Source: the human T2T-CHM13v2.0 reference genome, Homo sapiens. From it: a stretch of DNA of 64,000 bases. Below are positions 1-24,223 of the stretch, piece after piece (positions within the stretch are counted from its first letter, which is position 1; the number at the start of each line of letters is the position of its first letter). The DNA is taken from assembly GCF_009914755.1 (NCBI RefSeq), contig NC_060943.1; one strand, given 5' to 3'. The position numbers and the translations under genes are program-made. A model generated the notes under the pieces. That model was not told the origin of the DNA. It saw only the letters and a list, made by a program, of their open reading frames with translations, and did not search any database.

Positions 1-60
1 CTCTGGGGAGGTCACTTCTCTTCTCCAAGCCTCAGTTTCTCCTCTTTGCAAGTGGATTTG

Positions 61-5745
<5,685 letters not shown>

Positions 5746-5830
5746 CCTCATTGCTGAATCCAGAAATGAATGGACATCCCAGCTAATGGCAGCTACCATG
5801 GATCAAGTGCATGTTATGTGCTCTGTAAAG

Positions 5831-6972
<1,142 letters not shown>

Positions 6973-7338
6973 TTGTAAAGGACTTCAGAAATATTGTTTC
7001 ATTGAATCCTTCAGCGATCTTCCTGGCATTCACCACTCCTCCAGGAAGATTTCAGCATCCCCAGACAGAGGTGGGTGTCATTTTTTTCTCTTCTATCATC
7101 CTCTGCGATACGGGTGGCCCCTCCCAGACCTTGTCTGCCAAGCCGACTGTTGACTAAGCATTTTCAGAGGGCTTCCTTGGGGAGGGGTTGCCTTTCTTTC
7201 AAGTAGCAAATCACTTCCTGTGTTCTTTTGATCAAAGCCCTGCCCATCCCAGGACCTGAGCCTCCCTGGCTTGCTTCTCATCTTGGAAGAATTCCCACCC
7301 CAACAGTCTCAGAGCTCCAGCTGATGGTTTGGGTGTGA

Positions 7339-7619
<281 letters not shown>

Positions 7620-8668
7620 TAAAATGCTGGGATTACAGGCATGAGCCACTGTCCCTGGCCCTCACTGGCTTCCTGAAAGAAGGTGTTGTCTCTCAGACTA
7701 ACACCACCTCTGCCTCTTGCCCTATGTCCCTGACTCCACCCTAGTAAGCTGTACCTGCCAAGAATCCTGCAGTGGCCGCTGTCACAGCCACATGCTCTCA
7801 TCCTCACTGACTGAATGACGAGAAATGAAAGCTGAAGTGGTCTACACAGCAGAGAGCTGTGGGGTGGGGTCAGCCCTGGCCACCTCTTACTTTGCGTCTT
7901 ATGGTGGTACGATACTGCTAGGAATAGCGCCATGATCACGACAGTCTCCCCGTTGCTATCATCGACAGACCTCAGACTTGACAGGCAGCAACACCTCTGG
8001 CTGCCATCCTCCTCTTGGGATAAGGGATGCCCACCAAAGGGTGGCATGGACGTATTCAGCCTCTCCTGCCTCTGCTGCAGCCATACCGCCCGTCACCGGC
8101 ACAGGGAGGGCGTCAATCCACCCCATCGCTTGTTAGACATAGCTTCCCATCTCAGCCGAGGACTCTGTGGCAGAACCCACAGACCTTGAGAATGTTGCAA
8201 CTGAAAGACCCCTGAAGAGCAACTTCCGCATCTAGACGGATTTCCAAATATGACATCTGTGGGAACCGGGGCCAAGAGAGGGGAAGTGACTAGCCCAAGG
8301 CTACACAGGGAGACGAGAGACTGGGCTGGACTGGGAAAGGGCTCCCTTAATTTGCAAGCAAAGGAGGCTATGTCCTTGTCCCTGCAGACTCTGTGATTCT
8401 CCCTGGGCCACCTTCTGTCTTCCAGGTCCTGCCCTATCCTTGGATCCAGGGATACCACCCTGGCATCCCCACCACCTACAGATGGGAGCTTGCTCCCTGG
8501 TAAGGGATGCTGGAGGCACCTGAGCTGCACTGAGAGACACCCCACCCCCACAGAAGTCCACCATGCCCCTCCCCTCACCCCAATTTCTGATGGTCATTTT
8601 TAGGACACCTCCACCTGGCTGGTGTCCCTCCTCTTTCCTCTTCCAGATCCCACCCTTGAAGGACTTAC

Positions 8669-8671
8669 CAT
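8669..8671 (-). CDS. MYO1F: Probable MYO1F exon 1 coding part: the initiator ATG only, followed directly by intron 1
   Basis: CCCCACCATG|gtaagt gives a strong Kozak context plus a consensus donor. Gene identity comes from recalled synteny (MYO1F lies just downstream of ADAMTS10 on the same strand); no myosin coding sequence is in the window. Confidence 0.75.
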
Positions 8672-8810
8672 GGTGGGGGGCTGGTGTCTGGGCTCCTGGA
8701 GGCTCCTGAATGGGTCGTGATGGAGGTGCAGGTTCAGGGGGATCTTGGGGGTGGCTTGGGCATGGCCCTGCTTCTGCCCGTTCACCGGACTCCCGGCTTT
8801 AGTTCCTCTT
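8672..8810 (-). other. MYO1F: Probable MYO1F exon 1 5' UTR (TSS approximate)
   Basis: Unique sequence between the ATG/donor and the ETS-motif promoter. Confidence 0.6.
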
Positions 8811-8900
8811 ACAACAGCCCCTTCTCACTTCCTTTGGCGGGAGGGGCCGAGGCCATGGGGGAGGGAAGCTGGGTGTGGAGGGGGGCGGGGAGCTGGCTGT
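8795..8900 (-). promoter_or_regulatory. TATA-less leukocyte-type promoter with PU.1/ETS motifs and a GC box
   Basis: AAGAGGAACT (8801-8810, minus), AAAGGAAGTGAGAAG (8821-8835, minus), GGGGGCGGGG (8881-8890). Confidence 0.6.
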
Positions 8901-9627
8901 TTGGGGCTCTGAGCCTGAAGGGAGGGGTCAGAACTTGATGGCAGCCACTACTGGACCTCAGAGGCCTCTTCCCCAACTCCTTGGGGACAGGGCTGCTGCA
9001 GGAACATTTGGGTCAGCTGGCTGCAGGACGAACCACCTCTTTTCAGGGCGATTCAGGAAGCATTTGGGCTTCCCGGGTCTCTTTTTAAAACCAAGGAAGG
9101 GGCCCAGGGGAGGTGGCTCACGCCTGTAATCCCAATACTTTGGGGGGCCAAGGTTGGAGGATCGCTTGAGTCCAGGAGTTTGAGACCAGCCTGGGCTATA
9201 TAGCATGACCCCATCTCTACAAAAAATGAAAAGAAAAAAAATTAGCTGGGCATGGTGGCATGAGCCTGCAGTCCCAGCTACTCAGAGGGCTGAGGTGGGA
9301 GGATTGCTTGAACCTGGGAGGTGGAGGCCTCAGTGAGCCCTGATTGCGCCACTGCACTCCAGCCTGGGCGAAAGAGTGAGACCCTGTCTCTAAAAACAAA
9401 CCAGAAAAAACAAAAAAACCAAAAAAACAACAACAACAGGGAAGGGTGCCTTCTTCAGCTGTGTCTGCTCTGGGCATCCCTGGGCAACCTCCTTCATTAT
9501 TATTATTGTTATTATTTTGAGACGGAGTCTAGCTCTGTCACCCAGGCTAGAATGCAGTGGTGCAATCTCAGCTTACTTTAATCTCCGCCTCCTGGGTTCA
9601 AGCGATTCTCCTGCCTCAGCCTCCTGA

Positions 9628-9813
<186 letters not shown>

Positions 9814-10507
9814 TAGATGACCCTCAGAAGTCACACGTGTTTGTGTGCAGAAGTGGAGGGTACTGGGAAGCAGGTGCATCTGAAAGGTCCCTGACTTTGG
9901 ATGTCACATCTAGATTTAACAGCCTCCAGTTTGGCTACTTCCTGGATGACTTAGTTACTCCCTTTTCTCATTGTAAAATGGGAACGTGGGTCCCCCCAGC
10001 AGAGCCTGGCCCAGGTACGTGTCAGCCTATGAGCTGGTCTTTGGGACACCAGCCAACCACCTGAGGCTCCTCTTGACATGTGAGGAAATGGCAGTTCTAA
10101 TAGGTTGTTACTTCCCCACACCACCCAGCAAGGAGGTGGCCGAGGCAGGACCCGACCCTGGGAGACCCTGGGGGACCCATGTTCAGATCTATCTTTGGTC
10201 CAGGGCGATAAACCCGCATCCCCCTTGAAGATGTTAATATGCAGCGCCCCTAGTGGCCACAGCTGGGAAGGAGCCCGTCTCTGCTGGAATCTCCTGAGCG
10301 AGTTTGCAGAATTGACGGGCTTGGGGCATGCAATTCTCAGCAATGTCTCCAGGCACTCAAGAGTGAATATGAATGGGTAAGAGGACCCCACTTTGTTGGG
10401 GGCCATCAGGGGAGGCTTCTAGGAAGAGGCAACGTTTGTGCTGACACCGGCGAGTAAGCTGGAGTTAAAAAAGGTAAAGGGGCAGGAGCGTGCACCTGGC
10501 CATGCTA

Positions 10508-10783
<276 letters not shown>

Positions 10784-11319
10784 TTAAAAAATCAGCTAGG
10801 TGTGCTGTTGCACCTATAATCTCAGTTACTTGGCAGGGTAGGCAGGAGAATCGTTTAAGCCCAGGAGTTCAAGGCTGCAGTGAGCTGAGATCGTGCCACT
10901 GAACTCCAGCCTGGGCTACAGAGTGAGACCCTGTCTCAAAAAACAAAAACAAAAAAGCAAAACCCTTCCACGAGAAGCTGTTGTACTTTTCTCCTAAAAT
11001 CCCTGGGTTCCTGTCTGCAATGTTAAAAGTCCCCTTCTGGCTGGGCACGGTGGCCCATGCCTGTAATCCCAGCACTCTGGGAGGCCGAGGCGGGCAGATC
11101 ACGAGGTCAGGAGATCGAGACCATCCTGGCTAACACGGTGAAACCCCGTCTCTACTAAAAAAGTACAAAAAATTAGCTGGGCATGTTGGCGGGCGCCTGT
11201 AGTGCCAGCTACTCGGGAGGCTGAGGCGAGAATGGCATGAACCCAGGAGGCGGAGCTTGCAGTGAGCCGAGATCGTGCCACTGCACTCCAGCCTGGGCAA
11301 CAGTGCAAGACTCCGTCTC

Positions 11320-11350
<31 letters not shown>

Positions 11351-11599
11351 AATCAGCTGGGTGTGGTCGTGCACGCCTGTAGTCCCAGCTATTCAGAAGG
11401 TGGAAGTGGGAGGATCACTTGAGTCCAGGAGATCAAGGCTGCAGTGAGCTATGATAGGCATAGCTGGGCGACAGGGACCGTCTCAGGAAAAAAAAAAAAG
11501 AAGTCCCCTTTTGGCTGTTGGGTAGACCTGGGAGAATGGGTGGTCCTTTCCAGACCTGGGTGGGGGCTACTGGATGCACTGACACACACACACCGCAAT

Positions 11600-12250
11600 T
11601 CGTAGAAATCTACACAAGACAGAACTTTATTGATGTAGGGCTTCCTGGCAGGAGTGTGTGGGCCCCAGGGCAGGGTCTGTAGCACCATGAGGGGGTGGCC
11701 TGGATGTCGGGGTGCCCCTGGGGCGGGCAGGGCAGAGGTTGGGGTGGATCCTCCCCCTAGTCAGGTCAGGGGAGGGTGTCAGGGAGGTGGTGCTACCCCC
11801 CCCCTCCCATAGCAGACACAGATTCCCCCCCAGCTCGGAGTGGAGGGGTAGGGCAGTGCTGGGGGGCAGGGCACCGGCAGACCACCTCCCCACCCCTACT
11901 CTTCACAGTACATATTCCGATCAAAGGAGGGGGGGAGTGTTGGGGACTCCCTAAGGGTGGGTTCAAAGGGTGCTGGGGTGAACAGCTGTCCCCTCCCCAG
12001 ACCCACCCTGGAGGGGGGGTCTCACTATGTGAACTGGAAGGGGCGGATGCTGAAGAGGGGCTCTGGGGGGATAGCCAGCCCCTCTCCATCCCCCCAGCCA
12101 GGGCCCTGCAGGGGTTCCCAATAAATAACTTCCGGCTCCGTCTCACCCTTCCCTCCCAGTTCCCGCCCCCCCGGGGCCCCCTCTGGCCGGCCCGCTGCAG
12201 GGCTGGCGGCGGAGACCCCGCCAGCTGTGGCTCCGGGTGCCGCGCGCCCC
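11600..12250 (-). other. ADAMTS10: ADAMTS10 3' UTR (about 650 nt)
   Basis: Lies between the stop codon and the poly(A) signal; free of repeats. Confidence 0.85.
11626..11631 (-). terminator. ADAMTS10 polyadenylation signal AATAAA with downstream GU-rich element
   Basis: TTTATT on the plus strand; (GT)n tract at 11581-11593 lies about 30-45 nt downstream on the minus strand. Confidence 0.88.
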
Positions 12251-12388
<138 letters not shown>

Positions 12389-12489
12389 TCAGGTCTCAGC
12401 TGCCCTCCCCGCAGGGCTGCACACACGACCTGCAGTGCTTCCTGGCCAGTGACTTTCTGTGCCTTGGTTTCTTTCTTTTTAAATTTACT

Positions 12490-15550
<3,061 letters not shown>

Positions 15551-15586
15551 ATTACCTAGGCAGAAAAAAATGTGTATACTTAAAAG

Positions 15587-15940
15587 CAGTGGTTCTCAAG
15601 GGAAGTGATCGATTTTGACCCCCAGGGGACATTGGGCAATGTCTGGAGACGTTTTTAGTTGTCATAACTTGGGAGAAGGCTGCTACTGGCACCCAGTGGG
15701 TAGAAGCCGGGGATGCTGCTGAACATCTTACAGGCTGGCACAAATCCCAGCACTTTGGGAGGCTGAGGTGGGAGGATCGCTTGAGCCCAGGAGTTGGAGA
15801 CCAGCCTGAGTAACACAGCAAGACCCCATCTCTCCAAAAAAGAAAAACAAACAAACAAAAAACCCTACAATGTGCTGGACAGCTCCCCACGGCAATCATC
15901 TAGCTCAAAATGTCACTAGTGCCTGAGGTTGAAAAACCGA
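15587..15940. mobile_element. MER20 DNA transposon interrupted by an Alu monomer (about 15745-15865)
   Basis: CAGTGGTTCTCAA start; CCCCAGGGGACATTGGGCAATGTCTGGAGAC; GGGATGCTGCTGAACATCTTACA. Confidence 0.8.
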
Positions 15941-16246
15941 TTTAAAGGAAAAATATTCAGGAAATTGTGCTACAGGTGGAGATGAATAGGTACAGGTTAT
16001 GAAAGTGACTGGGGAAATGTCACAAGTTTGGGTGCACAGAAGGGTCAGGTGCCTGAAACACTCAGCATACAGTGGCACTTAATAAATGCTTGCAGGGAGG
16101 GGATGGTGAAGGATGGCCTGGCAGAGACACAGCAATGCATTTCCGAGGTTCCAGAAGTTCTAGGATGAAGTCAGGACCCCCAATGCCCTCTGTGGCTGCC
16201 TCTGGCCAGGACCCTCCTGGCGCACCCTGGCTGGTCACCCACATAC

Positions 16247-16406
16247 CTTCAGGGCCGTCCCCGGGGGTTGGGCTGTCGCACTTGGCCTCACACTGCTGCG
16301 TGGTGGGCGGCCGCAGGGCCTCCGTGCACTCGTGCGACGCCTGGCCCGTGTGGCTGGTGCAGCGCACCGAGCGCTGCCGCTGCCCGACGCCGCACTGTGC
16401 AGAGCA
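16247..16406 (-). CDS. ADAMTS10: ADAMTS10 exon 25: TSR5 ([16 protein letters not shown]...PGDGPE)
   Basis: tcgcag|TGC acceptor, AAG|gtatgt donor; 160 nt. Confidence 0.96.
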
Positions 16407-17000
16407 CTGCGAGGGGGCACCACTCAGTTGCTGCCCCGCAGCCCCTGCCCTGGCCCCCACCCCTCTGGGGCGCGCCCTCCTACCTCACCCCACTCGCCAG
16501 CCACCCAGCGGGCCGGGGGGCAGCGGCGCAAGTTGCAGCGCATGGTGGCCGGTGGCTTGGCGGCGGGTGAGCAGTGCGCCGGGGGCAGCGTGGCGCGGTG
16601 GTCTGCGCTCTTGCAAAGGACCACGCGGTGGCGGAGGCCCGGCCCGCAGCTGGGGGTGCACTGCAGTTGGAAGGGGCGTTTCGTGCTCAGGGTGCTGCCC
16701 CAGTGCGAAGTGAGGAGGGGACAGCTAACCTGGAGACCGCGCAGAGGCGTCTCCGTGGACACCCCACCTGGGCATCCCAGTGGGCGCGAAGGAAGGGGGC
16801 GGCTGACCTCAGACCAGTCGAGGGCCGCCCACTCCGGAGGGCAAGTGGGGCCGTGGCAGGCCTCCAGTACAGGTGGGCGCGGCTGCGGGCATGCGCTGTC
16901 GTCCAGCGCCTTCTCCTCCGCGGCAGAGACGCGGCGCTGGCACACGACCGAGCGGCTGCGCACGCCTGCATCGCAGCTGCGGCTGCAGAGCGACCAGTTC
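16250..17000. promoter_or_regulatory. Intragenic CpG island over ADAMTS10 exons 23-25
   Basis: Dense CpG in both the exons and the short introns between them. Confidence 0.7.
16484..16660 (-). CDS. ADAMTS10: ADAMTS10 exon 24: TSR4 ([16 protein letters not shown]...WVAGEWGE)
   Basis: ctgcag|TGC acceptor, GAG|gtagga donor; 177 nt. Confidence 0.96.
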
Positions 17001-17012
17001 CCTACAACCCAG
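16808..17012 (-). CDS. ADAMTS10: ADAMTS10 exon 23: TSR3 (WVVGNWSLCSRSCDAG...WAALDWSE)
   Basis: ttacag|C acceptor, GAG|gtcagc donor; 205 nt. Confidence 0.96.
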
Positions 17013-17473
17013 CTGTAAGAGATGAAGGGGTCTGAGCAAGTAAGCAGGGCAGGGGGTCCCAACACAACAGCAGGGGGCACTATAGCCTACCCCCACCCTT
17101 CCAATCACCCAGCCTCATATGGAAACTGGCACCAGGCACCTCCACATTCCACACTTGGGGCATCGTTAGCCTGCACCCAGACTGGGGGCAGAGAGGTGCA
17201 TTACCCTAAGGAGAAATAAATCTTTGGACAATGCGAGTGACCAGGCAGCGCCATCATTCTGACTCCAGGGCCATGCAGCTTTGACCGCCACCTTGGGGGC
17301 ACTATTACCTTGGACTCCCCCATAACTCCTATAGAACCATCACTGCAGCACTCGGCCCACTGTCACTCCGACTCTGCACTAATCTGCTCCCCACCCCCCT
17401 GGAGCACTCGCTCTTGACTCCAGGGAGTACTCTCCTCTCACCCTGAGCAACACTGCCCCCTGGCGGCACTCAC

Positions 17474-17603
17474 TCTGGAGGGCAAGGCTCCGTGTTGCAG
17501 GCGCGCTGCCTTTTGGGCAGCTTGCTGTGGGCACTGCAGTAGTGGGGGGCGACCGCGGAGCTGTCCAGCTGGTTGCGGCACTCCACCGCCTGCACCTGGC
17601 TAC
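17474..17603 (-). CDS. ADAMTS10: ADAMTS10 exon 22: TSR2 (SQVQAVECRNQLD...RACNTEPCPP)
   Basis: ctccag|GT acceptor, AGA|gtgagt donor; 130 nt. Confidence 0.96.
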
Positions 17604-17695
17604 CTGGAGGGGAGGGTGAGAGGCCTGCTCAGCCCCTCCCGGCCCAGAGAACCTCAGCCCAGGTATCTTGTGCCTTCCCCCACCCCCGGCCTCAC

Positions 17696-17822
17696 CGCCT
17701 GCACACTGGGCCGAGCACTTGGTCCAGGGCGCATAGTGCCAGGAGTAGGGGGGCAGCGAGTCACGGGCGATGGGGGCATTGAAGCGGTAGCGGAGGGCAG
17801 GCAGCTCGGTCCGGGCCAGCAC
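17696..17822 (-). CDS. ADAMTS10: ADAMTS10 exon 21: end of spacer and start of TSR2 (YSWHYAPWTKCSAQCAGG)
   Basis: ctccag|GTG acceptor, GCG|gtgagg donor; 127 nt. Confidence 0.96.
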
Positions 17823-17909
17823 CTGGAGAAAGGGGGCGGCAGCCAGTGGAAGGATCGCATGGAGTCTCTAATTCCAAAGGCTGCACCTTGCCCCCAGTCT
17901 CCCTGTTAC

Positions 17910-18073
17910 CATGACGATGAGAGATGCATTAATCGGTCCCAGGGCTTCGAGGCTCTGGACCTGGTCTGGCCCCTGTCGCAGTTGAAAGGTGGTCCCAGCT
18001 AGAGGCAGACGGTGGGGCTGGGGGGTCCCAGGCAGCCCCTCCAGCAGCAGGGACTCCTGGTCTCCCTTCAGGG
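17910..18073 (-). CDS. ADAMTS10: ADAMTS10 exon 20: spacer (ALKGDQESLLLEG...LEALGPINASLIVM)
   Basis: ccccag|CC acceptor, ATG|gtaaca donor; 164 nt. Confidence 0.95.
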
Positions 18074-18167
18074 CTGGGGGACGATGCAGGGTTCAGAATT
18101 CTAGTCATGCTGAAACCGCCCTCCCCACTGACCCCTAATCCTCATCCCCTCCCCACCATCTGCTCAC

Positions 18168-18248
18168 CCAAGTGACTGAGAGAGAGGTTCAGATCCTGGA
18201 TGAAGATGTGGACGGAGCCTTTGGGAATCCAGACGACATCCTCGTACC
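18168..18248 (-). CDS. ADAMTS10: ADAMTS10 exon 19: spacer (YEDVVWIPKGSVHIFIQD)
   Basis: ttcag|GG acceptor, TGG|gtgagc donor; 81 nt. Confidence 0.95.
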
Positions 18249-18494
18249 CTGAACAGCAGAGCTCAGATGTCACCCACTTGGCATGTCCCCAACACCTGCC
18301 TGCCTCCCCTGTCCCCGGCCCATGAGGATAACAGCTAACTATTACTGCGCTAAACACACATCTAACTGCACCCCTGCCCCACCCTTGTGAACCAGGTGTT
18401 TCATTATCCCCATTTTAGGGCTGACAAAACTGAGGCTCAGAGAAGCTAAGGAACTTGACCAGGTTTTACAGCTAGGAAATGACTGGGTTAGGAT

Positions 18495-20447
<1,953 letters not shown>

Positions 20448-20594
20448 CCCGCAGGACTTTTGGGGACTCCTGACACTCCACGGGGCCCCTGGGGTCTGAG
20501 GAGTTAGTGATCTCAGCTACTGCACTGGGATCAGTTCCACCTGCAGTCAGCTGGCCCATGCAGGGAGTGTGGGAGGGAAGCTGGAGACTCTCAC

Positions 20595-20718
20595 CGGCCC
20601 CAGGTGAGGCTGGGCTGAAGACGCCCTCGATGGTCTCGCAGGCACTGCCGTCACCGCCACACACTCGGCACTTGTCCTCCCGCAGGTCGGAGCCCAGGAC
20701 TCGGTCGCAGCCCACGTG
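20595..20718 (-). CDS. ADAMTS10: ADAMTS10 exon 18: Cys-rich/spacer junction ([10 protein letters not shown]...[13 protein letters not shown])
   Basis: cgcag|CAC acceptor, CCG|gtgaga donor; 124 nt. Confidence 0.96.
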
Positions 20719-20804
20719 CTGCGTGGAGAAGGCGTGAGTGAGGCGACCCCCTAACCCACCCCCGCTCCCCATCCCCTCTCCACCTCCCTGGGAGTCCCCT
20801 CCAC

Positions 20805-20938
20805 CTTGCATTCGCCACTGACGCAAATGTCCACCGTGTCTGGACGGCAGGGTGTCCCGTCCACCACGGCTGCCGCCCTCTCCGTGTAGAAGTTGAAGCC
20901 TTCCGCTAGGCACGTGAGCGAGCAGGCCTTCACGCCCC
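20805..20938 (-). CDS. ADAMTS10: ADAMTS10 exon 17: Cys-rich domain (CSLTCLAEG...VVDGTPC...CVSGECK)
   Basis: ccccag|GG acceptor, AAG|gtggag donor; 134 nt. Confidence 0.96.
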
Positions 20939-21241
20939 CTGGGGGGCACGGCCCCGTCACACCACGGGCCAGGCCACCCCGGAACTCTTTGCTTGCTCCC
21001 TGGGGGAGTGAGGCCAAGAGGGACAGACCCCAGACCCAAGAGGAAGGGCAGCTTGGGCAGAGGGAGTGGGGGCTCCCAGCGTCACGTTGAACCCCCATGG
21101 TACCGTATCCCAGGTACTCTGTCTCCCCGGGTGGGGACAGGGCTCAGGGCAGACCCCGGGATGCTGCATTCATCCACCTGCTGCTGGACACTCCCACGGC
21201 TGCCCTTCACGGCCCCACAGCCTTTGGAGTCCCACACTCAC

Positions 21242-21344
21242 CTCCCCGGTACGTTTTCCACTTGTAGAATTTCCCACGGAAAGGGATGCTGTCAAATTCA
21301 GAACACTGCACTTCTCTGAAGTCCTGGGAGCCAGGGGGACAGTC
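21242..21344 (-). CDS. ADAMTS10: ADAMTS10 exon 16: Cys-rich domain ([18 protein letters not shown]...)
   Basis: ccccag|GAC acceptor, GAG|gtgagt donor; 103 nt. Confidence 0.96.
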
Positions 21345-21629
21345 CTGGGGGCAGGAGAGGAGAGATGGAGGGAGGCCAGGCTTGGGGGGATGGAGTCAGA
21401 AAAGGGGTGCTCAGAGAAAGATGGGCTGGAGGAGGGAGGCTAGAGGCAGGGAGGCCAGGGAGGAGGCTGTGGTGGTCTGCGTGAGACTAGGCCTGGAAGG
21501 TAGCCTGGGCTGGGCGTGTAGACACATCTGGGATAGGACTGGATCCCTCATTAGAGGTCTGAGGGTGAGCTGGGCAGGACACACCTGGGTTTCTGGTTCC
21601 AGGCTATGGAATCTTTCTTGCTTGCTTGC

Positions 21630-23092
<1,463 letters not shown>

Positions 23093-23152
23093 TCTGATAG
23101 CTGTTTTTAATGCTTCCTCCCCCCACCCCTCAAGGGGTTTGGGGGAACTCAC

Positions 23153-23216
23153 ATCCGTGTTGCAGGAGCGGTGCCGCCTTCTCTCACCCAGACAGTACTT
23201 GCCCCCGATGGTTGGC
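23153..23216 (-). CDS. ADAMTS10: ADAMTS10 exon 15: end of TSR1 ([21 protein letters not shown])
   Basis: ttccag|G acceptor, GAT|gtgagt donor; 64 nt. Confidence 0.96.
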
Positions 23217-23310
23217 CTGGAAAGGGTGGTGGGATAGGAGAGGGATGAGGCAGTGGGCGATGGGGGCAGGGGTCGCGCTGCCCTCCCGGGTGGGGGTCCT
23301 GAGGGCTGAC

Positions 23311-23456
23311 CTGGGGCTGTCGCAGTGACGGCTAGAAGAGGACACGCCGCCGCCACAGGTCCGGCTGCAGTCGCCCCATGGAGTCCACGGCCCCCAGGCT
23401 CCGTCCACACCCTCTGGGCGCGACCCAAAGGGGACACAGACCCGTTTGTAGCACCA
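23311..23456 (-). CDS. ADAMTS10: ADAMTS10 exon 14: TSR1 ([21 protein letters not shown])
   Basis: cccag|TGG acceptor, CAG|gtcagc donor; 146 nt; WxxWxxW-CSRTCG motif. Confidence 0.97.
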
Positions 23457-23648
23457 CTGGGTGGGGGGAGACAGGAAGGAGTGAGTCCAGCCCGGAGGAC
23501 ACTCGTCGGCCCCATGCACCGTTCCCCACTCCAGGCCCCAGCCAGAGATATCAGCCTCTCCGGGATGGGCAGAGGCGGGGTCTGAACATGCGAACAGAGT
23601 CAGGTTACGTAGGAGAGTGGTCTGGGAGACAGACAAGGTACAAGCGAG

Positions 23649-24090
23649 AGGCGTGGCCTGAGCACAGGGTGCTTAACGGGGAGGGGTGTAGACAGGACCA
23701 CGATAAGCGTGGAGACGAGGTGGGGCGTGGCTTCAGGCTGGGGAGGGGAGGTCTACAGGCAGTAGGCGTGGCCAGAGCCGAGGGCAGCACAGGGGATGGG
23801 CGTGGCCAATGAGGGAGAGAGCAAACAGTAGGCGTGGCCAGAGCCGTGGGAATCATTACACGGTGGGCGTGGCCAACGCGGGAGGGAGTTAAACAGTAGG
23901 CGTGGCCAGAACCAAGGGACGCATAGACGGTGGGCGTGGCCAACGCGGGAAGGAGCAAGCAGTAGGCGTGGCCACAGCCGAGGGAGCACAAATGGCGGGC
24001 GTGGCCAATGTGGGAGGGAGCAGATAATAGGCCGAAGGACAGGCGGGTAGGCGTGGCCAACGCGGGAGGTGGCTCAGGGGGCGTGGCCCA
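23649..24090. repeat. Degenerate minisatellite with 12 GGCGTGGC cores (about 33-bp spacing, about 67-bp dimer period) in intron 13
   Basis: Alternating AGTAGGCGTGGCCAGA and GGGCGTGGCCAA units. Confidence 0.85.
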
Positions 24091-24115
24091 GTTGGGGGCC
24101 CTGGCCGGCGCTCAC

Positions 24116-24223
24116 CCCCTTGTCGATGGTGTGCGTCTGGCACAGCGTGCCCTCGGCGGCCGGGATGCTGTTGGTGATGCACCGGTTGCTCTTGCTCAGA
24201 CACCACAGCTCGCTGCAGACCTC
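24116..24223 (-). CDS. ADAMTS10: ADAMTS10 exon 13: disintegrin-like domain (EVCSELWC...PAAEGTLC)
   Basis: cccgcag|GAG acceptor, GGG|gtgagc donor; 108 nt. Confidence 0.96.

Noticed and set aside
10241-10260. CTCF-like TGGCCACTAGGGGCGCTGC (minus strand)
   Set aside because: One G short in the core, which shifts the conserved GGC register; not supportable without ChIP data
12120-12125. Plus-strand AATAAA within the 3' UTR as a poly(A) signal for an antisense gene
   Set aside because: No plus-strand gene structure upstream; better explained as the complement of the AU-rich nonamer
16072-17035. Plus-strand ORFs of 150-228 aa antisense to exons 23-25
   Set aside because: Expected stop-poor antisense frames of GC-rich coding DNA, with no independent gene signals
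23649-24090. Conserved-core/variable-spacer array resembling a CRISPR array; ATTGGCCACG resembling ERSE-II
   Set aside because: This is a human intron, the cores are only 8-12 bp, the spacers are related to each other and there are no cas genes. ERSE-II needs ATTGG-N-CCACG, and the spacer base is missing
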